DNA of 64,000 bases. Origin: Myxococcales bacterium. Lineage in GTDB: Bacteria; Myxococcota_A; UBA9042. The notes beneath the pieces were generated by a model. It had not been told where the DNA came from and did not search any database. It saw only the letters and a list, made by a program, of their open reading frames with translations. A program made the translations under genes and the position numbers. The stretch spans positions 22,830 to 86,829 of the forward strand of contig JBBISH010000011.1 of NCBI GenBank assembly GCA_037441385.1, written 5' to 3'. The number at the start of each line of letters is the position of its first letter. Position 1 is the stretch's first letter. Below, in pieces: positions 46,817-55,700 of this stretch.

Positions 46817-49483
46817 CTATTCGGCCGACTTCTTCTTGGCTTTCTTGGGCTTGCTCGCCCGCGCCGCACCGGTTGACAGCGTCGGGACTGAACCGCCGAT
46901 CGTGCGAAGCCAGGTCCAGCCGAGCAGCAGAGCCAGCGCGGCCAGTGGCCAGTCGCCGAGCGTCGCATAGACCGTGGTCGATTCGAGCAGCGGCACCTCG
47001 CGCAGCAGCGTCTCGGCATCGGTGAGCTTGGTCTCAGCCACGCGACGGCCCACCGCGTCAATGAAGACGCTGATGCCGGTATTGGTCGACCGGACCAGCC
47101 ACTTGCGGTACTCAACGGTGCGCATCAGCGCCAGGTTCAAGTGGTGCTCGGGCTCGGCGGTCTGGCCAAACCATGCGTCGTTGGTCAAGTTGATCAGCAC
47201 GTGCGGGTTGTGTACGGCCACATTGCGGGCATAGCGCGGCAGCAGATCTTCGTAGCAAATCAACATGCCTAGCGACGCGTGGCGGCCGTCGGGCAAAGCC
47301 AGGTCGATTGGCGCCACCTTGGTGCCCGATTGGAAGTGCGAAGTCTCGGGCGACAGCTCGTAGAGCACCGGGAAGCGGTCGCCCAGCGGCATGTACTCGC
47401 CAAAGGCGAGCAGGAACGCCTTGTCATGGATCGCCTGGATGCTGCCCGACGACCCCAAAAGAACCGCCGAGTTATAGCAGTCCTCGCAGTGACCGGGCCC
47501 CGGATCCAGGGGCTTGCCGTGCGTCAACGCGCCAAACAACAACGGCACCGAAAACCCGCGCCGGGGCGTGGCGCGCTCGGTATCCGACAAACCCATGTCG
47601 CCGATGACATCGTCGGGGTACTTGACGTCCGGCGCCGGAAGGGCGGCGCCAGAGGGCACGATCCGCTTGGCCGAGCGCGACAAGGCAAAGCTCTCGAAGG
47701 CCTGCAGTCCCAGGACCGCCGTGATTTCGCCGTCGCTGGCGCCGGTCACACTCACCCAGGTGCCATTCGCGCTGCGCCAGACCTTGCCGCCGCGGCCCGC
47801 CACCAGCACCCGGCCTTCGGCGTCGCAGGCCCCCGCCATCACGTCCGCCGTGACGCTGCGCTCCGAGTGCCACGTGCCGTTGCCGCTGCGGCGCGCGATC
47901 TCGCCGGACTCGCCGCCGATCCACAAATCGCCGTTGGGGCAGAACCAGGCGGCAAACCAGGTCTTTTGCCCGCGGTTCTCGGCACGCCAGCCGCTGCCCT
48001 CGTCCACCAGCACGGTGCCCGCGGCGCCGACCGCGGCCAGAGTCTCGCTATGGGCGTCGCCCGCGGCGGCCCACAAGTCCTGGACCGTGGGCGAGGTTTC
48101 GCCGCGCACTACCCCGTTGCGCACGCCGACGATCGCCCCACGCCGCCCCACCGCCGCGCACCGTTGCTGCACGCCACACGCGGCGGCAGTCAGGTCGACC
48201 GGTGCCGACATCTCACTGCGAAGCTCGTGCAATTCCACATCTTTTCCACCAGGCTCGGCCACACCCGGCTTGGCAGGCTGCGGCCAGGGCAGTGCCCATA
48301 CTTTGCCGCTCCGGGCGAACACCAAGCCGTCGGGCAAGCGGCCATACCAGTCCACCGGCGAATTAGCCGTGGCGACAATGACTTCGCTGCCTGGAGCCTC
48401 GCGCACAATGGCGCCGGCCGGCGTGACCGTCAGGATCCGACGCCCGGCATCGACGAGCCGCAACAGGTCGCCGCGCGGCGACGAAAGCCCAGCCAGCAGC
48501 GAGAGATCCCGCGGAAGGCCCAGACGATCCGGCGCTTCGGCTCGCAGGCCCTGGCCGTCGTCGCGCAGCATCGCGCCACCGGTCCCCAGCAAGACAAAAT
48601 GATCCAAAGAGTGCTGCAGCGGCAAAAGGCCAAACGGGATGTACGCGCTCTCGGGCCACACGATCAGCTCGGCGCCGCGGGCCTGCAGATCCGCAGACAT
48701 TTTCTGATGGGTGAGCAGGTTGTGCCGCAGCGTGTAGGCGCGCGACGTCGCGTCGAGGTGGCGGGCCTCCTTCTCCCAAATGCCGATATTGCCTTCGACC
48801 AGACCGATTTTCAGCTTCTTGGCGGCTGCTTGCTCGGCATCGACCTGATTGATCCGGAGTACGCCGTAGCCATAGGTCATCGCCACCGCCAAGCCGGTCG
48901 CGGCCACGAATCTCCATGCCATCAGGCGCCGGTCCAACACCGCGACGACAAGGCCAAAAACGGCCGCATTGGCCGCCCAAGCCAGCGCCGACACCAGATG
49001 CACGCCTCCCAGGTCGGCGATCTGGATCATCGGCAACTCGAAGGACAGCGAATTCCCCAAGAACCAAGGGAAGATCATCGGGATGGCCACCTCGCCCGCC
49101 CACAGCGCCAGCCAGGCTGCCGTGGCCTCGCCCGCACCGCGCCGCACCAGCCAGCGCCACAGCGCGATGCCAGCGGCCATGGTCAGCCCCTGCGTGACGG
49201 CCTGCAGTCCCAAGATCGCCCAAGTCGCCACCGCGGGCAGGTGCCCGAACTCGCGCAGCATGTAGGTAATCCAGCCAAATCCGCCCGCGTTGGTGATGGT
49301 GCCCGCTAGCAGTCCCAGGCCAAAGCCCTGCTTGACCGTGGCGTGGCGGGCCGCCAGCAGGATCGGCACGGCGCAAACCCACGCCAGGAAATGATAATTC
49401 CAGTTGGGGAACGCCAGAAACGTCAGGGCGCCGCCGGTGCAGGCCAACCCCAGTGCCAACGGGCGCGGCAGCGGACTTGCCAT
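46817..49483 (-). CDS. lnt: Apolipoprotein N-acyltransferase with a large internal beta-propeller-like insertion
   Basis: N-terminal TM bundle, 'QIADLGGV', 'IVWPESA', 'K..LLAFGEYMP', 'ICYED', 'TNDAWFG', 'RSTNTGIS'; 888 aa versus about 500 aa typically. Confidence 0.92.
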   Translation of the reverse strand: MASPLPRPLALGLACTGGALTFLAFPNWNYHFLAWVCAVPILLAARHATVKQGFGLGLLAGTITNAGGFGWITYMLREFGHLPAVATWAILGLQAVTQGLTMAAGIALWRWLVRRGAGEATAAWLALWAGEVAIPMIFPWFLGNSLSFELPMIQIADLGGVHLVSALAWAANAAVFGLVVAVLDRRLMAWRFVAATGLAVAMTYGYGVLRINQVDAEQAAAKKLKIGLVEGNIGIWEKEARHLDATSRAYTLRHNLLTHQKMSADLQARGAELIVWPESAYIPFGLLPLQHSLDHFVLLGTGGAMLRDDGQGLRAEAPDRLGLPRDLSLLAGLSSPRGDLLRLVDAGRRILTVTPAGAIVREAPGSEVIVATANSPVDWYGRLPDGLVFARSGKVWALPWPQPAKPGVAEPGGKDVELHELRSEMSAPVDLTAAACGVQQRCAAVGRRGAIVGVRNGVVRGETSPTVQDLWAAAGDAHSETLAAVGAAGTVLVDEGSGWRAENRGQKTWFAAWFCPNGDLWIGGESGEIARRSGNGTWHSERSVTADVMAGACDAEGRVLVAGRGGKVWRSANGTWVSVTGASDGEITAVLGLQAFESFALSRSAKRIVPSGAALPAPDVKYPDDVIGDMGLSDTERATPRRGFSVPLLFGALTHGKPLDPGPGHCEDCYNSAVLLGSSGSIQAIHDKAFLLAFGEYMPLGDRFPVLYELSPETSHFQSGTKVAPIDLALPDGRHASLGMLICYEDLLPRYARNVAVHNPHVLINLTNDAWFGQTAEPEHHLNLALMRTVEYRKWLVRSTNTGISVFIDAVGRRVAETKLTDAETLLREVPLLESTTVYATLGDWPLAALALLLGWTWLRTIGGSVPTLSTGAARASKPKKAKKKSAE

Positions 49484-49489
49484 GCAGCC

Positions 49490-49993
49490 TCAGGGATGGA
49501 CGGGGGTGAGGTCGGCCGGCATGCCCGTGGCCGGGGCCGGGGTTGCGGCAGGCCGCGCGGACAGGGCCCCCGCGCGCGTCGTTCCCGCAGTGATCAACGG
49601 CAGCACCGCCAAAAGGGCCTTGCGCGTGTCGGGATAGCGCTGCGCTTCCATGCGGATTTTCGCCAGGATCGGCTCGGCGCCGTGGGCCGCTTGGGTGGCC
49701 ACTTCGGCACGCTCGGACTCGCTCAGCTTGGCCACGGCCTGCTCGCCCCGCTCCCGCAGCCGGATGAACTCGATGCCGTGCTGGGCGCGATACAGCTTGA
49801 CGGCTTCGATCAAGCCCTTTTCGTTGCCGCTGTTCTCGCGCAGCAACCGCTCGGCCGCCTGCAGGTGCACTTGCCCGTCGGCCAGCACCGCGTCGACCTC
49901 TTTGTGGCCGCACGCGGCCAAGAGCGCCAGCGTCAACAGCAGCGCCAGCCTGCGCAACCACGCAAAATAAGAGGTACCAAACGTGCGGGTCAT
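49490..49993 (-). CDS. Helical lipoprotein
   Basis: Lipobox LAAC; stop lies 6 bp upstream of lnt. Confidence 0.65.
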   Translation of the reverse strand: MTRTFGTSYFAWLRRLALLLTLALLAACGHKEVDAVLADGQVHLQAAERLLRENSGNEKGLIEAVKLYRAQHGIEFIRLRERGEQAVAKLSESERAEVATQAAHGAEPILAKIRMEAQRYPDTRKALLAVLPLITAGTTRAGALSARPAATPAPATGMPADLTPVHP

Positions 49994-50109
49994 GGTCACG
50001 AGCCGCGGACGCCGTTCAAAAGGCGGCCAAAAACGCCAAGCGCCACCCCGGTACGACCGAGCGTGGCGCCTTTTCTCCATGCCGGAAACGGCCTGGGGCA
50101 TATTCGAGC

Positions 50110-50196
<87 letters not shown>

Positions 50197-50305
50197 TTCG
50201 GGCGCGGCCGCACAGGCCGTCCAACGAGGCAGCAGTCTGCCTCACCGCGGGCGCCCTGTCAAGCACCCAAACCGCCCCGTATCACCTTTTTCGTTCAAAT
50301 GCCTC

Positions 50306-50321
50306 TGGCACCGAGTATGCA
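50306..50321 (+). promoter_or_regulatory. Putative sigma54 promoter
   Basis: TGGCACCGAGTATGCA = TGGCAC...GG-N10-GC. Confidence 0.65.
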
Positions 50322-50331
50322 TGAATATCGG

Positions 50332-50545
50332 GCATTTGAACTAGGCGGCCGTGGCTACGGCCATACGCGGGGGTCGCAGGGGGCGGGGGTCCTATACATG
50401 CTGACCGAGATCGAACATCACCGTTGTCTCGTCGCCGCGCGTCGGCCGAATAGGACGCGCGCTTGGCGACCCACCCAGCACGCAGCCAAACCGATGACGC
50501 TAGACAACGGTCAGGCTGTATACAGTGCGCGGCGCGCCCCCTTGG
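50332..50545 (+). ncRNA. Candidate structured small RNA (alternatively a 53-aa peptide from ATG 50398)
   Basis: Nested complementary segments downstream of the sigma54 motif; no recognisable protein. Confidence 0.35.
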
Positions 50546-50555
50546 TACCTTCTAC

Positions 50556-51860
50556 CTAGCGGCGCCGCGGCGGACGCTTCTTGGCGCCGTGCTTGGCCTG
50601 GAGCCGCATCGTCGCGGCGAACGAGGGGCTCAGATCCTCGATGAACATGTCCGAGGTCGCGATTTCCGACGGGATTTTGTGACCGAGATACTTCTCGACC
50701 GCGGGCAGGTTCTCGACCAGGCCTTCGTCGGCCAGCGTGATCGCCCGGCCGCTCTGCCCGGCCCGACCGGTGCGGCCGATGCGATGCACGTAGTCTTCGG
50801 CGTCGGTCGGAATGTCGTAATTCACAACCAGATCCACGTCATCGACGTGCAGGCCGCGGGCCGCCACGTCGGTGGCTACCAGCACCTCGATCGCGCCCGC
50901 GCGGAAATCTTCGACGAGCTTGACGCGCTTCTTCTGGGCGACGTCGCCGCTCATCAACTGCGCCTCCCAGCCGTTGTGGTACAGCTTGAAGTCCAGCCAC
51001 TCGCCGGCGCGCTTGGTGTTGACGAATACAAGGGCTCGATGCGGCTTGTATTTTTCCAGCAGCGCCAGCAGCAGCGGCAGTTTGTCGCGCTCGGCCACGT
51101 GGTACAGGATCTGCTCCACGGTCTCGGCCGCGACGCGCTCGGGATCGACTTTGATTTCGACGACATCGCGCAGGTAGCGGTTCGCCAACGTCATCACGTC
51201 GTAGCTCAGCGTCGCCGAAAACAGCAGCGTCTGCCGATCGCGCGCGCTGTTCTGCAGGATGTAGCGAATGTCGTCGACAAAGCCGACCTCGAACATGCGG
51301 TCGGCTTCGTCGATGACGGCGACCTGAACATGCTGCAGATCCAACATCTTGCGGCGCATGTAGTCCATCATGCGGCCGGGCGTACCCACCACCAGGTCGA
51401 CCTTGCCCTCTAGCACCTTGGCCTGGCGCTCCCAGTCCATGCCGCCGAACACGGCGACGGTGCGGAAGTGGCAGTGCTTGCCCACGTTGTCGGCGTCTTT
51501 GGCGATCTGCAGGGCCAGTTCGCGGGTGGGCGCGACTACCACGGCGCGCGGGGCGGTGGCGTGGCTGCGATCGGTCTCTAGCAGTTCCTTGAAGATCGTA
51601 ATCAGGAACGCGGCGGTCTTGCCCGTACCGGTCTGGGCCTGGCCAGCCACGTCGCGACCCGCCAGCGAGAACGGCAGCGTCTTGGACTGAATCGGCGTGC
51701 AGCGGGCAAAGCCCAGATCATCCAAGCCGCGCAAGATCGGCGCGGGAATCGGCAGATCGGCAAACTCGGTCTCGGTCAGGGTGGGGCCGCGGCGGTCCGC
51801 GGGCTGCGCGTCGGCCGGCAGCGGGCCGGCGTCGTAGGTAACTTCTTCTTTGTTTTCCAT
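50556..51860 (-). CDS. DEAD-box RNA helicase (RhlB-like)
   Basis: Q motif, 'AQTGTGKT', 'PTRELA', 'TPGR', 'DEAD', 'SAT', 'ARGL', 'HRIGRTGR'. Confidence 0.95.
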   Translation of the reverse strand: MENKEEVTYDAGPLPADAQPADRRGPTLTETEFADLPIPAPILRGLDDLGFARCTPIQSKTLPFSLAGRDVAGQAQTGTGKTAAFLITIFKELLETDRSHATAPRAVVVAPTRELALQIAKDADNVGKHCHFRTVAVFGGMDWERQAKVLEGKVDLVVGTPGRMMDYMRRKMLDLQHVQVAVIDEADRMFEVGFVDDIRYILQNSARDRQTLLFSATLSYDVMTLANRYLRDVVEIKVDPERVAAETVEQILYHVAERDKLPLLLALLEKYKPHRALVFVNTKRAGEWLDFKLYHNGWEAQLMSGDVAQKKRVKLVEDFRAGAIEVLVATDVAARGLHVDDVDLVVNYDIPTDAEDYVHRIGRTGRAGQSGRAITLADEGLVENLPAVEKYLGHKIPSEIATSDMFIEDLSPSFAATMRLQAKHGAKKRPPRRR

Positions 51861-52144
51861 GTCCTCGTCCGTAGGGATGGGAGCAGCCCGCCGGCATTTC
51901 CGCGGAGGGCGAGGGGGCGGTTCCGCTCGGAGCGGCGGCTAGGGACTGGATCAGCTTGGAGCCTCTCCAGAAATCCGGGCCCCCGAATTCGGCGCGGCGA
52001 GTCGCGGAAGGCGCTCGCCTGCGCCCCACTTGGGGCTAGGAACGCGGCCGAAGATGCAATTACTGAACGAATGAGCAGTAATTGGTCGCGTCTCTAGATG
52101 CGCACCGACCCAGGCTCGCCGCGATCCAACCGCGCACAAGCCGG

Positions 52145-52218
52145 CGTCCCCGACAGGAATCGAACCTGTGACCTTTCGCTTAGGAGGCGAACGCTCTATC
52201 CTGCTGAGCTACGAGGAC
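52145..52218 (-). tRNA. tRNA-Arg (CCT)
   Basis: GTCCTCG/CGGGGAC acceptor stem, anticodon stem TTCGC/GCGAA with loop CTCCTAA, GGTTCGATT T-loop; followed by CCG rather than CCA. Confidence 0.95.
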
Positions 52219-52351
52219 GGCGTCGCAGCGGCTCGGCAAACCTGCCACTTTCGACCCGGAACCGACAGCAAGCTAGCAGGATTCGTGCCCATGCACAAGC
52301 TGGCCCCGGGCAGCTGGCCGGCGGCGGCACGGCTACCATCGAGAAAAGCAT

Positions 52352-54397
52352 ATGGCGCAAGCAACGTTTCCCTTCGCTGGCCAGGCCGCGGAACAGCTGG
52401 ATGTGGACCAACTGGCGACCGTGGTGGCGTTTCACAACGACCGCTACTACACCGACGGCGCGGCGCTGATCCCCGACGCCGAATACGACAAGCTGGTGGC
52501 GCGGTTGCGGGCCCTGGCGCCGGATCATCCTCTGCTCAGCCAAGTCGGCGCGCCGGCCGCCGCGGGGACCAAGGTCCAGCACCGCGTGCCGATGCTGTCG
52601 CTGGACAAGGTCAACACCAGCGAGGAGTTTGATAACTGGCTGCGCGGACTGGCTTCGGCCATGGCGGGCAAGCCCATGCGGTCGGCCGAGGAGCTGCAAA
52701 CCTGGGCCCAGTCGACGGTCGCGCGTCTGGTGCTCACGCCCAAGATCGACGGCCTAGCCTGTACGTTTCGCTACCGCGACGGTCACTTGCAGGTCGCTGC
52801 CACCCGCGGCGATGGGCAGGTGGGCGAGGATGTGACCCACAATGGCCGGCAAGTGACCGGGGTGCCGCCCCTGCTTGCCGACGCGCCCAGAGGCGAGGTG
52901 GAGGTCCGCGGCGAGGTCTACCTGAGTCTCAGCGAATTTGCCAAGGTGGCCGACCAGTTCGCCAATCCGCGCAATCTGGCGGCAGGGACGCTCAAGGCCA
53001 AGGACAACCCGGCTATCGCGCCCGGTAGGCTGGGCTTTTTTGCCTATGATGTGCAGGGCTTGGACTTTGCATCCAAATCCGAGCGACTGCAGTGGGCCGC
53101 GCGCCAGGGGTTTGTGCCGCCACCGCACCAGCAGCTTGGCCCCTTGCAAGTACCGGACGCGTTTGCGGCGTCGGTCAGCCAACGGCCAAGCTGGGACTTC
53201 GAGGCCGACGGCATCGTGGTCGAACTGGACGACGTGTCCGCGGCGCAGCGCCTGGGCACCACGGCGCATCATCCGCGCTGGGCGGTGGCGTGGAAGTTCG
53301 CCGCCGATGCGGGTTTGACGGCCTTGGTCGACGTGGAATGGAGCGTGGCCCGCACTGGCACCATCACGCCGGTGGCGCTGACCGAGCCCGTGCTGCTGTC
53401 CGGCGCTACCGTGACGCGGGCGACGCTGCACAACGTGTCGAATTTGAAGCGGCTTGCCTTACGCCGGGGTGACCAAGTCGAGGTGGTGCGGCGCGGCGGC
53501 GTCATTCCGCACCTGGAGCGCGTGGTGGTGGCCAGCGAAAGCGAGCCGATCGCGGTGCCAGAACGCTGCCCAAGCTGCGGCGCGCCGACCCGCTTGTTGG
53601 TGCGCGACGAGCGGCAACCGCCGGTAGAGGTTTTGGTTTGTAGCCAGCCCGATCAGTGCACCGCCGCTCGGCGCCGCAGCGTGCTGCACTACTGCCAGAC
53701 GCTCGAACTCGAAGGTTTTGGCGACAAAGTAGTGGACTTGGCAATGGAGTCGGGGCTCGTGCAGGACCCAGCCGACCTGTACACCCTGCGCGCTGGCGAT
53801 CTGCAAGAGCTGCCGCGCATGGGCGCCATCCTGGCCAACAACTTGCTGGCCCAAATCGAGAAGGGCCGGCGCGTTCCGTTGCACAAATTCCTGTGCGCTT
53901 TGGGTATTCCATCGCTGGGCAAGCAGACGGCTGGATTGCTGGTTTCGCGCGGCGACCTACCCGTGTTGCGCCAGCTGACGGTCGCCGAGGTGGCAGCGCT
54001 GCACAGCCTGGGCGAAAAGACCGCCGAGCAGGTGGTAGCCGGCCTGGCCGAGCGCGCGGGCTTGATCGACCGCCTGCTGCAGCACGTCGAGGTGGTGAAC
54101 GAGCGGCCTGGGGGCGACGTTGCGGGCGGCCCCTTGAGCGGCCACGTTGTCGTATTTACGGGAACATTGGCCAAGATGGGCCGGCGCGACGCGCAGACCA
54201 ATGTGATCAAGCTCGGCGGCCTGGCTGGCGATAGCGTCACGACCGACACCACCATCCTAGTGGTTGGTGGCGACGAGTTGGAGAGCCCGACCCCGTCCAG
54301 CAAGCTGAAGAAAGCCCGCAAGCTGCAAGAACAAGGTGGGCCGATCCGCGTCTTGGGCGAAGTGGAGTTTTGGGCCGAGGTCGAGGGTCGCTCATGA
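52352..54397 (+). CDS. ligA: NAD-dependent DNA ligase
   Basis: 'PMLSL', 'KIDG', 'TRGDGQVGEDVT', 'NPRN.AAG', OB fold, Zn finger CPSC, HhH motifs, BRCT. Confidence 0.96.
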   Translation: MAQATFPFAGQAAEQLDVDQLATVVAFHNDRYYTDGAALIPDAEYDKLVARLRALAPDHPLLSQVGAPAAAGTKVQHRVPMLSLDKVNTSEEFDNWLRGLASAMAGKPMRSAEELQTWAQSTVARLVLTPKIDGLACTFRYRDGHLQVAATRGDGQVGEDVTHNGRQVTGVPPLLADAPRGEVEVRGEVYLSLSEFAKVADQFANPRNLAAGTLKAKDNPAIAPGRLGFFAYDVQGLDFASKSERLQWAARQGFVPPPHQQLGPLQVPDAFAASVSQRPSWDFEADGIVVELDDVSAAQRLGTTAHHPRWAVAWKFAADAGLTALVDVEWSVARTGTITPVALTEPVLLSGATVTRATLHNVSNLKRLALRRGDQVEVVRRGGVIPHLERVVVASESEPIAVPERCPSCGAPTRLLVRDERQPPVEVLVCSQPDQCTAARRRSVLHYCQTLELEGFGDKVVDLAMESGLVQDPADLYTLRAGDLQELPRMGAILANNLLAQIEKGRRVPLHKFLCALGIPSLGKQTAGLLVSRGDLPVLRQLTVAEVAALHSLGEKTAEQVVAGLAERAGLIDRLLQHVEVVNERPGGDVAGGPLSGHVVVFTGTLAKMGRRDAQTNVIKLGGLAGDSVTTDTTILVVGGDELESPTPSSKLKKARKLQEQGGPIRVLGEVEFWAEVEGRS

Positions 54398-54903
54398 GCA
54401 AGCTGCTGATCGCCCTGACTGCCGTCGCGCTTGCCCTGCCCGCCCCCGCTTGGGCGACCGCGGGCGAGCGCGAGTGCAGCTTGGCCGCAGGCGTGGGCAC
54501 GGGCTCGGTGATCGCGCGGCCGATGCTGGCCTTGGACGGCCAATGGCTGCACCACGCCAGCGACTTCTGGGCCTTTGGTGGCGCGCTGCGGGCGCGCTCG
54601 GCGCTGGACCGTCAGTACGCCGCGAGCGCGACCGTGGATGCGCGCTGGACCCTGGATGCCCTGACGTGGATCCCGTCGCTGGCCGTCGGCATCGGCCCGC
54701 AACTGGCCAGTTGGCAACACGATCCCGTGGCGCTCCTGGCCCGCGGTGAAGCCAGCTTGGCCTGGCGCGGCGCGCGCGACCACGGCTGGGTCCTGCGAGC
54801 CGCGTGGGAAGGCAGCCCGCTGCAGGCTCCGGTGGGCGGCCTGTGGACGCTGTCGCTCGGCTACGTGGACTACCACGGCCACGGCATTGGCATCGATCTA
54901 TAG
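54394..54903 (+). CDS. Small secreted protein, probably an outer-membrane beta-barrel
   Basis: ATGA overlap with ligA; signal peptide ending AWA; alternating beta strands. Confidence 0.55.
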   Translation: MSKLLIALTAVALALPAPAWATAGERECSLAAGVGTGSVIARPMLALDGQWLHHASDFWAFGGALRARSALDRQYAASATVDARWTLDALTWIPSLAVGIGPQLASWQHDPVALLARGEASLAWRGARDHGWVLRAAWEGSPLQAPVGGLWTLSLGYVDYHGHGIGIDL

Positions 54904-55065
54904 AGATTCCTTTGAGTTCTTGGCCGATTGCGCGTTGCGCGCCTGGGCCCGTTTGCGCCGCGCCCACCACGCGCGCAGGCCGCGAGCAAGAGTGATCGCC
55001 ATCAGAAGCGACCCAGCCACCGCCATCACCTTGCCCATGCCCAAATCGGGCGGACCACTCGGCAT
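54898..55065 (-). CDS. Small single-TM protein, 55 aa (not in the ORF track)
   Basis: GAGG RBS, ATG 3 bp after the amidotransferase stop; MPSGPPDLGMGKVMAVAGSLLMAITLARGLRAWWARRKRAQ... Confidence 0.45.
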   Translation of the reverse strand: MPSGPPDLGMGKVMAVAGSLLMAITLARGLRAWWARRKRAQARNAQSAKNSKESL

Positions 55066-55068
55066 CGT

Positions 55069-55671
55069 TTACCTCGCTCGCGGCCGCTCCACCCAGCCAC
55101 GCAAAACATTCAGAGCCAGTTGCAGGCCATCGGGTGTGCCGATCGACTCGGGGTGGAATTGCACGCCCTCAAAACCGCCGCCGCAGAGCGCCATGACCGA
55201 GCCGTCGGCGAGCTCGCCGGTCACCTGAACGGTCGGCGGCAAGTCGTGGCGGGCCACACATAGGCTGTGGTACCGCATCGCCGGCAGCGGCTGCGGCAAG
55301 CCGGCCAGACAGCCCTGCCCCTGATGGTGGACGGGGAACACCTTGCCGTGAATGGGCTTGGCCGCTCGCACGACCTGGGCGCCCAATGCGACGGCAATGG
55401 CTTGGTGGCCCAGGCAAACACCGAACACCGGCTTGCGCCCCCGCCAGGCGCGCAGCAAGTCCAGGCAAAGGTGCGCCTCTTCAGGAGCACCCGGCCCCGG
55501 CGACAGGATGGCCGCGTCAAAGTCGTCGCCCTCGATCGCCGCCAATGAGGTCGCGTCCGGTCGGCGAACCTGCAGGTCCAAGTCGAGCGGCAATTGCCTG
55601 GCCGCCCGGGCAAACAGGTCGACCAGGTTGAAGGTGAACGAATCGTAGTTGTCGATCAGCACGACGCGCAA
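55069..55671 (-). CDS. Anthranilate/aminodeoxychorismate synthase component II (TrpG/PabA-like glutamine amidotransferase)
   Basis: 'IDNYDSFTFNL', 'SPGPG', 'GVCLGHQ', 'RYHSL', 'QFHPES'; start (TTG) uncertain. Confidence 0.92.
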   Translation of the reverse strand: MRVVLIDNYDSFTFNLVDLFARAARQLPLDLDLQVRRPDATSLAAIEGDDFDAAILSPGPGAPEEAHLCLDLLRAWRGRKPVFGVCLGHQAIAVALGAQVVRAAKPIHGKVFPVHHQGQGCLAGLPQPLPAMRYHSLCVARHDLPPTVQVTGELADGSVMALCGGGFEGVQFHPESIGTPDGLQLALNVLRGWVERPRAR

Positions 55672-55700
55672 GTCGGCGCTATCAGTGGGGATTGTTGCAG

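Noticed and set aside
50332..50545. Retron msr-msd interpretation of the nested inverted repeats
   Set aside because: No reverse transcriptase in the window
52142..52218. tRNA-Arg as a pseudogene because it lacks an encoded CCA
   Set aside because: The cloverleaf is intact and CCA is commonly added enzymatically
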